Positions 34,596 to 42,610 of a DNA stretch of 44,836 bases are shown here, in pieces. Below the pieces are notes generated by a model, which saw only the letters and a list, made by a program, of their open reading frames with translations, made no database searches and was not told the DNA's origin. How positions within the stretch are numbered: position 1 is the stretch's first letter; every line of letters begins with the position of its first letter. The DNA is from an uncultured Candidatus Saccharibacteria bacterium (lineage in GTDB: Bacteria; Patescibacteriota; Minisyncoccia; Phycocordibacterales; PALSA-1337), in contig CAZQAQ010000004.1 in NCBI GenBank assembly GCA_964591325.1, forward strand, positions 1 to 44,836, given 5' to 3'. Position numbers and translations under genes: made by a program.

Positions 34596-34619
34596 TCTAA
34601 CAGAAAGGAGGTGGTTAAA

Positions 34620-34913
34620 ATGACCATCCTAGAGATTAGAAGACTAGCTAGAGTTTTTGGTGCTGATGTAGATTGTTCACCTGAATCTATATTAAGTCGT
34701 AAGTATGGATCAGCCATAGCAATAATTAGGCCAGATGATCTAAGTCGATATTGTTTGTTTGATAATAGATTATCACAAATAAAATTGGTACCTGATTGGA
34801 CAGATTGGGTAAAGGGAGATTGTGCAGATGCAATCGCAACTATAATATCTGATTCACCAAAAGATGTGGATGAATTAGCAAAAAAAGTAAGGGAGGCTCA
34901 GTATGCAGTATAA
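34620..34913 (+). CDS. hypothetical ~97-aa protein, paralogue of 35379..35690
   Basis: AAAGGAGG lies 8 nt before ATG 34620; the track's GTG 34611 start is unlikely. Motifs shared with 35379: E[IL]RR[LV]A..[FY]G, W.[DE]W[VM].GD.A..[IV]AT, [DE]L[AV]K.VR. Confidence 0.6.
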   Translation: MTILEIRRLARVFGADVDCSPESILSRKYGSAIAIIRPDDLSRYCLFDNRLSQIKLVPDWTDWVKGDCADAIATIISDSPKDVDELAKKVREAQYAV

Positions 34914-34918
34914 AGCGC

Positions 34919-34956
34919 ACTCGCCTTATGACCAAAAGTCTAGGCGAGTTTTTTTG
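34919..34956 (+). terminator. rho-independent terminator
   Basis: ACTCGCCT-15 nt-AGGCGAGT followed by TTTTTTT. Confidence 0.65.
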
Positions 34957-34968
34957 GTGTATACTATT

Positions 34969-35271
34969 TTATACCTTAGGCTTATCTAACTTCTCTAAAT
35001 TTAATTTTTTTACTCCAAAATATACAACTGATGAAACTATAATAAAGTTAATAAGTATACTTAAGAATTTACCATAAGTGATATTTGCAGATGCTATATG
35101 TAATGAAAGGGTAGATAGATCACCAAATTTACCCAGTGCCAAGCCGATTATTGGGTTAATAAGATCATTTACTATTGAAGACACAACATCAGATACGGCT
35201 TTACCCAATATAAAACCAACTGCTAGACCTATAGCCCCTTGAGTCCTAATAAAATCAATAAAATTTTTCAT
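34969..35271 (-). CDS. mscL: large-conductance mechanosensitive channel MscL
   Basis: 100 aa. FIDFIRTQGAIGLAVGFILGKAVSDVVSSIVNDLINPIIG is the MscL TM1 signature. AT-rich, backbone-like composition. Confidence 0.9.
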   Translation of the reverse strand: MKNFIDFIRTQGAIGLAVGFILGKAVSDVVSSIVNDLINPIIGLALGKFGDLSTLSLHIASANITYGKFLSILINFIIVSSVVYFGVKKLNLEKLDKPKV

Positions 35272-35378
35272 AACTATATTATATACGTAAAAATAATGTC
35301 ATCAAATCTTGATTGACATATATACTTAAATATGATAAAAAATAAGTGTAGTGAACATTGTAATACGGAGGTCTATCA

Positions 35379-35690
35379 ATGAGAATTAGACGGAATTTAT
35401 CAAATGTAGAACTAAGGAGGGTGGCTGACCACTATGGCATCACGTTTTTGAATGGCTCAAATATCGTGGGGTCAGGCGGTTCACAAAAGGTTAAGGTATT
35501 CCATGGAGAAAATCCAAGGGATACAGTATCCTTTGATCAGGAAAATATGTTCTTCAAGTCCACCCATTGGAAGGAGTGGATGGATGGGGATATCGCTTAT
35601 GTTGTTGCAACCGCAATGACGGGTAAGGGATATCCACATCCTGATCTGGTAAAAGCAGTTCGACGCCAAGCAAAGAAACTTCTGAAGTAA
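35379..35690 (+). CDS. hypothetical 103-aa protein, paralogue of 34620..34913
   Basis: CGGAGG RBS. See the shared motifs listed for 34620. Terminator at 35703-35740. Confidence 0.6.
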   Translation: MRIRRNLSNVELRRVADHYGITFLNGSNIVGSGGSQKVKVFHGENPRDTVSFDQENMFFKSTHWKEWMDGDIAYVVATAMTGKGYPHPDLVKAVRRQAKKLLK

Positions 35691-35702
35691 AGCTTGGTTC
35701 AA

Positions 35703-35740
35703 ACCGCATGTGGAGGAAGCTCCCATGCGGTTTTACTTTT
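35703..35740 (+). terminator. rho-independent terminator
   Basis: ACCGCATG(t)GGAG-gaag-CTCCCATGCGGT followed by TTTTACTTTT. Confidence 0.75.
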
Positions 35741-35798
35741 ATCTTATAAATTGATTTATATTTTTTTAAACCTTACAAACATCCAGAATTTTATCCCT

Positions 35799-35826
35799 TT
35801 GACAAAAGTTGTATTAGTTGTAATAT
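35799..35826 (+). promoter_or_regulatory. sigma70-type promoter of the sigma-factor gene
   Basis: TTGACA, 16-nt spacer, TAATAT. AAAGGAGG RBS before ATG 35858. Confidence 0.5.
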
Positions 35827-35857
35827 ATTACAAGAAAGTTTTTCCAAAGGAGGATAA

Positions 35858-36718
35858 ATGAAAAATAACGATAAGGCCCACGAAAGAGATACGTTTCTCT
35901 GGTACCTCAGCAAGATAGGTCAGTATCCATTAATATCAAGGGAGCAAGAAATCGTTCTTGCAAAGCGTATAGCTAAAGGTGATAAAAGTGCGAAAGAAGA
36001 ATTGGCACTATCGAACCTTAGGCTTGTCGTAAAGATCGCTCTCGATTACTCTGGCCTTGGTATGGATGATATTGAATTGGTCAATGAAGGCAATATCGGC
36101 CTGATGAAAGCAGTTGAAAAATTTGATCCCAAGAAGGGCGCTAAATTCTCAACTTATGCCGCTTGGTGGATAAAGCAATCTATTAAGCGGGCATTGTCAG
36201 ACACAGTAAACACCATCAGAATTCCTATCCATGAAGGTGAGAAATTCCGTAGGGCCAGAAGAGCACTAGATAAATACCTTGCAGCTTCTGGTGGCTGTAA
36301 ACCAAATCAGAGAGAAATGGTTAGACTGTCTGGAATGAGTTATAAAAAGTTCAATGAACTTGAAGCTCTTCTCCAACCAGTTTCATTACATTCACCAAAA
36401 TCACCAGATGGTGAAGTTTCACTTGGTGATATGATTGAGGATCAAAACATTGTGGAACCTGATGAAGATCGTCAACATCAGGGTGATATCGAGGTTGTAA
36501 CTGAGCTATTGACCGAGCTCACACCTAGAGAAAGGGATGTAATTAAAAGAAGGTTTGGGTTTGGCTGTGAGGAGGAGACACTTGAGGATGTCGGTACTAC
36601 TCACGGTATTACAAGAGAGCGTGCTAGACAAATCCAACGTGACGCAATCTTTAAATTGAGGAGATTATTTCTTAAACGAAACAGGCAACATGATGTATTT
36701 GGTTTGCCAGTTTCATAA
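35858..36718 (+). CDS. compact sigma-70-family RNA polymerase sigma factor (regions 1.2-4.2, no region 1.1)
   Basis: 286 aa. YLSKIGQYPLISREQE (1.2), NLRLVVKIA...NEGNIGLMKAVEKFDPKKGAKFSTYAAWWIKQSI (2.1-2.4), RIPIH (3.0), LTPRERDVIKRRFG...TLEDVGTTHGITRERARQIQRDA (4.2). Confidence 0.85.
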   Translation: MKNNDKAHERDTFLWYLSKIGQYPLISREQEIVLAKRIAKGDKSAKEELALSNLRLVVKIALDYSGLGMDDIELVNEGNIGLMKAVEKFDPKKGAKFSTYAAWWIKQSIKRALSDTVNTIRIPIHEGEKFRRARRALDKYLAASGGCKPNQREMVRLSGMSYKKFNELEALLQPVSLHSPKSPDGEVSLGDMIEDQNIVEPDEDRQHQGDIEVVTELLTELTPRERDVIKRRFGFGCEEETLEDVGTTHGITRERARQIQRDAIFKLRRLFLKRNRQHDVFGLPVS

Positions 36719-36726
36719 AAAAACAC

Positions 36727-36756
36727 CACAGGATCACTCGATCCTGTGTTTTTTAT
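36727..36756 (+). terminator. rho-independent terminator
   Basis: CACAGGATC-actc-GATCCTGTG followed by TTTTTT. Confidence 0.75.
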
Positions 36757-36902
36757 TTTAGAAATATGTTTTTAAACAAAATTTATACTATTTAAAACTT
36801 ATATTTTTCGTATATTTTTTTTGGACTAAATAGAAGTTTTTTAAGTCAATATTATAAGCCATATTTTAGAGGTCTTATCCACAAAAAAGTTGAATAAACC
36901 AC

Positions 36903-36931
36903 TTGCTTTTATTTGTCAAGTGTGGTATATT
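36903..36931 (+). promoter_or_regulatory. extended -10 sigma70-type promoter
   Basis: TTGCTT, 17-nt spacer ending in TGg, then TATATT. Confidence 0.5.
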
Positions 36932-37027
36932 AGTACCAGAAGTTTCTAGCTCATTGAAGTATGAGAAATGGAAACCAAACCAAAAATTTGTCGCAATTTT
37001 TGCGATAACAACGCAAAGGAAAAATAT

Positions 37028-38017
37028 ATGAAGACTAACAAGTCTCTCATTGCAATCCTGACTTCGGTCATGTTTGCAATTTTCACCCTTGCGTTTGTCG
37101 CAAGGGCTCAGTCTCCAGCACCCGCTGGAAACTCCAACACTGCTTCGGTGGTTGTCCCGTCTGTTTTGCCTGATTCGCTTCCTATCGGAAGTGAGCAGGT
37201 AATGCTCGATTGGGCGGTGACTAACAGGCAGTGGAGTGTGTATCCCCTCATGACATCATGGGATGTCTCGATTCGATACACAGGCAAGGATAATAATATA
37301 CATGAAGTCGGTGTTTCTGTGATTAATTATCCAATCAGTACGTACCAAGGCTTTGAGGATAAGGTTGTAGAAGTAGGCAATCTTCTTCTAAATACCATAA
37401 GAAAAAATAGAGACATAGATCCCACCAAGGGTCTTAGCTTTAAACTTTTTTATGGTTATGACAACGACCTTGATAATACTGGTGTTACTAGTTTTTACAT
37501 CCAGAAGGATCTTGGCCTTATTGGTACTATAACGGACAACACCTTCAGGAATATGGAGGTTACATGGTACCAGTCTATTGTCAGGTTTAAATCACTTGAG
37601 AGAGTCGAAATTAATATCGATTCTGACCCTGCGTATAACTACGTATGGCCAAGTGGTGGTGTAAAAACCCAGTCGGTATACCCGATTGAGTTTACTACAT
37701 CTGAGTACCACGTGTTTCGTACCTGGTATTCAACCAATGCTTTCAAAGCACGTTTTAAAATTACTGCCTCTGGGGAAACGGCAACGTATACTCAAATAGG
37801 AAGTAAGCTCAAAGCACCTTCGGTAAAGGTCTTGAGTGACAGAGCGGTTGAGGTTTCCATGACGCCAGGTTCGCATACGGTTGTAGAAACCAGTGTGGAC
37901 ATGGTTAATTGGAGTGTTATGAAAGACATTCCATGGAATTTGAGTACGGAAAGCCAGATAGTTTTGGTCTATCCGCCAAATTCACCTCATCGCTTCTTTC
38001 GAGCCTGGTCGGAGTAG
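37028..38017 (+). CDS. secreted hypothetical protein (~329 aa)
   Basis: AAAGGA RBS and ATG 37028 give the signal peptide MKTNKSLIAILTSVMFAIFTLAFVARA|QSP. The track ORF starts 20 codons upstream at 36968. The C-terminal VETSVDMVNWSV...HRFFRAW resembles the ..S.DL..W....FYR beta-sandwich tail common in secreted proteins of other phyla. Confidence 0.65.
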   Translation: MKTNKSLIAILTSVMFAIFTLAFVARAQSPAPAGNSNTASVVVPSVLPDSLPIGSEQVMLDWAVTNRQWSVYPLMTSWDVSIRYTGKDNNIHEVGVSVINYPISTYQGFEDKVVEVGNLLLNTIRKNRDIDPTKGLSFKLFYGYDNDLDNTGVTSFYIQKDLGLIGTITDNTFRNMEVTWYQSIVRFKSLERVEINIDSDPAYNYVWPSGGVKTQSVYPIEFTTSEYHVFRTWYSTNAFKARFKITASGETATYTQIGSKLKAPSVKVLSDRAVEVSMTPGSHTVVETSVDMVNWSVMKDIPWNLSTESQIVLVYPPNSPHRFFRAWSE

Positions 38018-38033
38018 TATCCTCCGATTAGCA

Positions 38034-38068
38034 TTCAAAAAAGGCCTTACGCAAGTAGGGCCTTTTCT
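38034..38068. terminator. bidirectional terminator between convergent genes
   Basis: AAAAAA-AGGCCTTAC-gcaa-GTAGGGCCT-TTTT. Confidence 0.7.
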
Positions 38069-38092
38069 GTATCTATTTTTCTTTTGTTTTCT

Positions 38093-41000
38093 TTATATTT
38101 CTTCTATTAACGAGTCTGTAACTAGTAGTTTAACAGCGTTACTATAGATTTTTGACTTAGTATTGTCAGATGAAGTACATGTAATTTTGAATGTATACAA
38201 GATCGGTTCTGCACTAGCTGTACTTATATTTTGAACTACATTATTATTTGTCGAATCAGTACTAAATGGGAACAGCTCATTAATAGTTGAGTTGTCAGGC
38301 TTATAAACTCTATTTGCACAACTATAATCACTTGATAATGAACTTATATACTTTATTCTCGCAGGATTTCCTTTTTTAACTTTATAAGGCACTACTTTGG
38401 AGTCATCTTTTTCTACTGTTGATGATAGGGTCTTATTTGCTATCGAAGAATTACCTAGGAAAAGTACTACTGAAAGAGGGTTTGTTGTTGGGGGAGGAGG
38501 AGGGCAACTTGATGAACAGTTTGGTGGTACGTTTGGATTGACATTATTTACTCCAGGATTAGGATCAACACAGTTTCCATTTCCATCTGACACTAGTCCT
38601 GATGGTATACCAGATTGTGTACCTGCTATGTTTTGACATACATCTACGATTGTAAGTGATCTTAGACCTAGTTGAACTGAGTTACTGTCTAATGAAGGTA
38701 GACCAGTAGTGCTGTTACAATGTATTACGAAGCTATATGAACCTAGTATTACTGAACTCTGTGAAGTTGTTAGAGTGTTTGAAATACCATTTAGACTATT
38801 TCCCCAAGTCCATATACTGTTACCATTTGATCCATCTGGTTTTATTACGGCATTTGTACATGTGTATCCACCTACTATACCTGTAGATGACCAGTTCAAC
38901 ATAAATGTATCTCCTTTAGATATATCGACCGCAGTGCTATAGCTAGAGTCTGTAGATCTTTTGATTCCAAGTGTTAGTTGGGGAGCAGGGCAGTTTGTAG
39001 TTGTAAGTTTTGGTGATGTTACTGTAACAGCGGGTGAAGCAGACTGAAGTTTTCCACCAACAGTTGCTGCTACTGTATATGTATATTTTGTATCTGCACT
39101 AAATGTAGGATATTTTTCTGTATTTTCACTACCTTTAACAGTATATTTTATTGTTTCTGAAGGATTTGATCTTGTTCTAGTTACGGTATATGAATCCGCA
39201 CCTATATTATTCCAACTTTGAGTCATGGTTAATTCAGAAGCAAAGCATTTATCACCGGAACTTGTAACTTGTAGACCGTAGTTTATAGCATCAACTGGTG
39301 GTGGAGGTGCTACTTCAAAACATCCAGATTGACCATTTGCACAAGGAACTAGATTTGCTGTGGCTGTTAGTGGATCTTGAATCGTTACCGATACAATATT
39401 ACTCAATACTGTATTTGTTCCATTTGTACATGACACTTTTAGCTGATACATACCTGTATCGATATCGTATGTCCATAAACCAGTAGCAATAGATCCTATA
39501 GTATTACCGTAAGACCATATTGTATTGTCGGTTGCTGCACTAGGAGTAACAGTCACCTGTCTACATGTATAGTCTGGTGTTAGGTTGCTTACCCACTTTA
39601 GATCAAACTGAGCACCGAGAGGTATAGATATTGTAGAATTTGTAGCGTTTGGAACGGTTGCAACATCATACAGAGCTAAATTTGTGATTTTATCAGCTGT
39701 CTTTTTTGTAAATAATTTTACAATTGGTGTAACAGTTGGTTGAGGACATTGTGAACCTGTTAAGTACTTTGGAGAATAAACATTAACATCATTTGAACCT
39801 ACTTGCTCAGCACCAGATATAATAGCGGCTACTTTGTAGGTGTATAGAGTGTTATAAACCATTGTAACATCTGTATATGAAGTACCAGACACTGATCTAA
39901 CTACAACTGGTTCTGATGTACCAGATCTTGTTCTGTATAGTTTGTATGAACTTGCCCCAGATATTGCATTCCAAGTAAGTTTTATATTTAGGTCACTTGA
40001 TTTACAGCTATCAGCAGATGGAGTCGCAACTAAGTTGTATACAAGAGGAGACTGCACTGTAACATTAAATGTTGTTGTTCTTGTTATAACAGAAGTGTTA
40101 TTTGTAGAAACAGTAGGGGCAGAATTACATGTAAAATAAGTTGAAGCACTCTGCTCATTTCCAGACATGGTGTAGTTATTTACACCACATTCTCTTAATG
40201 CAAGAGATCTTCTAAAATCTACAACTTTCTGAGCACCAGATGAGTTTGCAAGGTATAAATTTTGACCTACAACCTTACATGAACCATCATCAAAGTTTAT
40301 ACACTTTGTAGAATTTAAACCTCCGTTTACATCATAATCTGTTTGGGGGTTGAATCCTGATTCTGTACTACAACCAAAATAGAATCCATCGTACTGATTG
40401 TTTCCATTTGACTGAGGATCAGTTACAAAGACAATACTACATGGGTACTTTAGTTGTGTTCCATTTGCTACCGATGACTTTTTATATGTTCCTGAAACCG
40501 TGACTGTATAAAGACCTTTTGGAGTTGTTGAGTATGAGTATAGTGTTAGGTTTGTATTTGAGGATGGATTTGGTGTAACAATTTTTCCACCAGAGAATGA
40601 ACCACCACCAACTGCAATTCCATTTGCTGCATCTTTTACACTTGCACCAGATGAATTTGTAATAGAATCAACATTAAGCGTTACATCTCCACTTGTAAGG
40701 GGGGATAGAGATGTGGTTGTAATTACACTAGATATATTGTTACCAGCAGTTATGATCTTATTACCATCATTTGAAAGTTTAAAATCAAAACTTAATAGTG
40801 TGATTGGTTCAATGTATACTTTTCCATCTCCACCTTTAGTTACACTTGCAGAATCAGCAACACCAGCTCCACCTCCTGGAGCTTTTCCATTTATACCGTC
40901 ATTACCGCCAACTCCACCCATAGCACCAGCTCCACCCGGTACATTTTTTGTAATTTGAGAAGGGAAAGGATTTGGAGTAGATGGTGAAGAACCTTGTATT

Positions 41001-41734
41001 GATGTAATTCCAGAGTAAGTTCCAAAACCACTTCCTCCACCAGGTATTCTTATACAAGTTGAACCAAAGTTTCCATTTCCATCACCACACCAACTTGTTA
41101 CTTTTCCTGCTAAACCAGCACCATTACCACCAACAGTATCTGAAGCACCTTTTCCATGAAGGCTACCAACATTAAATTCACTTGAGACTGGATAGGCTAC
41201 AGCAAATTTGCCAGGAGTTGTAAAACCAGAAGCACCTCCTCCAGCACCTACGTATTTATTATTTGATCTACTTTTTAGTATTGAGGCACCAGCAGATTTA
41301 TCAGTAAAAGTAGGATTTGAGTTGTATGTAGAGTAAAGGACATAAGGGGACATACTTGCTACCGGAGTTGTTTGCCCACCAGCACCTACAGTAACATCAA
41401 AAATTTCTCCTTGGGTAACAGGAATTATTGCTTCAGAATAACCTCCTCCGGCACCACCAACAGCTGCCCAATTATTACAATTTGAAAATATAAAACCTGT
41501 ACATGTTATATCTGAATTTCCTCCACCTCCACCCGCACCCCATATTTTAACCTTCAACATTGAGACTCCAGATGGAACAGTATAAGTATATGATCCAGGT
41601 GTACTAAATGTTGTAGGAGTAGCCTGTGCAAAAGACGTCTTCGGGTTTATTGAAACTATAGATGCTAAAATAAACAATAGTAAGGCAATAAATTTCCCAG
41701 AATTTAGTGTGTTTTTTAAAATATTTCTTTTCAT
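38093..41734 (-). CDS. 1213-aa secreted surface protein: N-terminal glycine-rich domain plus repeated Fn3/Ig-like modules
   Basis: Signal peptide ...SINPKTSFA|QATP. Residues ~40-310 carry motifs resembling the Gly_rich (PF12810-type) pattern: KIWGAGGGGG, VGGAGGGYSE, VTVGAGGQ, GAGGGASG, PGGGSGFG, GGAGAMGGVGGNDG, PGGGAG. Two copies follow of a bipartite module (W N.[IG].A.SY.[LV].RTRS then a Cys-framed Ig-like domain), then a PPPPP linker and a final Ig-like domain. Confidence 0.8.
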   Translation of the reverse strand: MKRNILKNTLNSGKFIALLLFILASIVSINPKTSFAQATPTTFSTPGSYTYTVPSGVSMLKVKIWGAGGGGGNSDITCTGFIFSNCNNWAAVGGAGGGYSEAIIPVTQGEIFDVTVGAGGQTTPVASMSPYVLYSTYNSNPTFTDKSAGASILKSRSNNKYVGAGGGASGFTTPGKFAVAYPVSSEFNVGSLHGKGASDTVGGNGAGLAGKVTSWCGDGNGNFGSTCIRIPGGGSGFGTYSGITSIQGSSPSTPNPFPSQITKNVPGGAGAMGGVGGNDGINGKAPGGGAGVADSASVTKGGDGKVYIEPITLLSFDFKLSNDGNKIITAGNNISSVITTTSLSPLTSGDVTLNVDSITNSSGASVKDAANGIAVGGGSFSGGKIVTPNPSSNTNLTLYSYSTTPKGLYTVTVSGTYKKSSVANGTQLKYPCSIVFVTDPQSNGNNQYDGFYFGCSTESGFNPQTDYDVNGGLNSTKCINFDDGSCKVVGQNLYLANSSGAQKVVDFRRSLALRECGVNNYTMSGNEQSASTYFTCNSAPTVSTNNTSVITRTTTFNVTVQSPLVYNLVATPSADSCKSSDLNIKLTWNAISGASSYKLYRTRSGTSEPVVVRSVSGTSYTDVTMVYNTLYTYKVAAIISGAEQVGSNDVNVYSPKYLTGSQCPQPTVTPIVKLFTKKTADKITNLALYDVATVPNATNSTISIPLGAQFDLKWVSNLTPDYTCRQVTVTPSAATDNTIWSYGNTIGSIATGLWTYDIDTGMYQLKVSCTNGTNTVLSNIVSVTIQDPLTATANLVPCANGQSGCFEVAPPPPVDAINYGLQVTSSGDKCFASELTMTQSWNNIGADSYTVTRTRSNPSETIKYTVKGSENTEKYPTFSADTKYTYTVAATVGGKLQSASPAVTVTSPKLTTTNCPAPQLTLGIKRSTDSSYSTAVDISKGDTFMLNWSSTGIVGGYTCTNAVIKPDGSNGNSIWTWGNSLNGISNTLTTSQSSVILGSYSFVIHCNSTTGLPSLDSNSVQLGLRSLTIVDVCQNIAGTQSGIPSGLVSDGNGNCVDPNPGVNNVNPNVPPNCSSSCPPPPPTTNPLSVVLFLGNSSIANKTLSSTVEKDDSKVVPYKVKKGNPARIKYISSLSSDYSCANRVYKPDNSTINELFPFSTDSTNNNVVQNISTASAEPILYTFKITCTSSDNTKSKIYSNAVKLLVTDSLIEEI

Positions 41735-41738
41735 GTCT

Positions 41739-42098
41739 TTATTGTTGTCTATTAAGAGCTTCTAATATCGTTGCTTTCTCTTCTGTTGTTAAATTCATGG
41801 AATTTGCATCACCAAACTGGCTTAGTATGAGGTTTTTTTCATATGGTGTTAGAGGTTCACTCTCGATCTTTGCTATTCTAGCGAATAGCGCTACCTTTTT
41901 TGATGAAACATCGTATGTGTCTGGTAGAGTAAGGCTTCCTTTTGGATCAATCTCAATTCTTTTTTCCGGTATTAGATTGCCAGCTTTTTCACCTATAAAT
42001 TGCCATAGAAATGATAGTCCAATGACAATCAGTAATACAAATATTAACCACAACATTTTTTTGTGGCTATTATCTTTGGGTCTTTTAAAAAATTCCAT
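41739..42098 (-). CDS. small N-terminally anchored membrane protein, co-oriented 4 nt upstream of the giant gene
   Basis: 119 aa. TM helix MLWLIFVLLIVIGLSFLW. Probably co-transcribed. An extended -10 (TGaTATAAT) lies upstream on the minus strand at ~42140-42150. Confidence 0.6.
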   Translation of the reverse strand: MEFFKRPKDNSHKKMLWLIFVLLIVIGLSFLWQFIGEKAGNLIPEKRIEIDPKGSLTLPDTYDVSSKKVALFARIAKIESEPLTPYEKNLILSQFGDANSMNLTTEEKATILEALNRQQ

Positions 42099-42200
42099 GT
42101 TTATTTTATTTTAGAACTATTAATACATGTGTAATTATATCACGTAATACACTATAAAATTTTGCTTGCTGTGGAAATCTAAATATGATATTTTATATCC

Positions 42201-42566
42201 ATGGAAAATATACACACAATCATAAATATTATCGGCCAGATACTTTTCGGTGGATACTTTGTATGGAATGGAATAAAGCATTTTAAAGATCATTCTTCAT
42301 ATACAATGTACGCAACAGCTATGGGTGTTCCAATGCCAGGTGTTGCTGTGTATTTTACTGGTTTACTACTATTTTTGGGTGGACTTGGAGTTTTGTTTAA
42401 TGTATTTAAGCTAGCATCACTTATACTTCTAGCTGTATTTCTTATTCCTGTTACATTCAAAATGCATGCTTTCTGGAAAATTTCAGATGCACAACAAAAG
42501 TCTAGTGAAATGATCTCTTTCTTAAAAAATCTTGCTCTATTAGGCGCAGTGTTACTTATGATGTAA
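42201..42566 (+). CDS. DoxX-family membrane protein
   Basis: 121 aa with four hydrophobic helices. KMHAFW...SFLKNLALLGAVL is a typical DoxX C-terminal pattern. Confidence 0.7.
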   Translation: MENIHTIINIIGQILFGGYFVWNGIKHFKDHSSYTMYATAMGVPMPGVAVYFTGLLLFLGGLGVLFNVFKLASLILLAVFLIPVTFKMHAFWKISDAQQKSSEMISFLKNLALLGAVLLMM

Positions 42567-42610
42567 TACAGTTTTGCAGTTTCGTTTCTGCTTCCATAAC
42601 TAGGTAAAAC

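Noticed and set aside
953-38017. G+C mosaicism as a metagenome mis-assembly (chimeric contig)
   Set aside because: High-G+C genes occur as ~0.3-1 kb blocks embedded between AT-rich intergenic regions that often carry sigma70-like promoters and terminators. They occur at more than five separate places, which fits integrated foreign genes better than chimeric joins. Confirmation needs read-level checks.
38397-42114. Plus-strand ORFs inside the giant surface-protein gene and its partner
   Set aside because: They are antisense to a continuous 1213-codon frame with a signal peptide and domain repeats. They have no start context.
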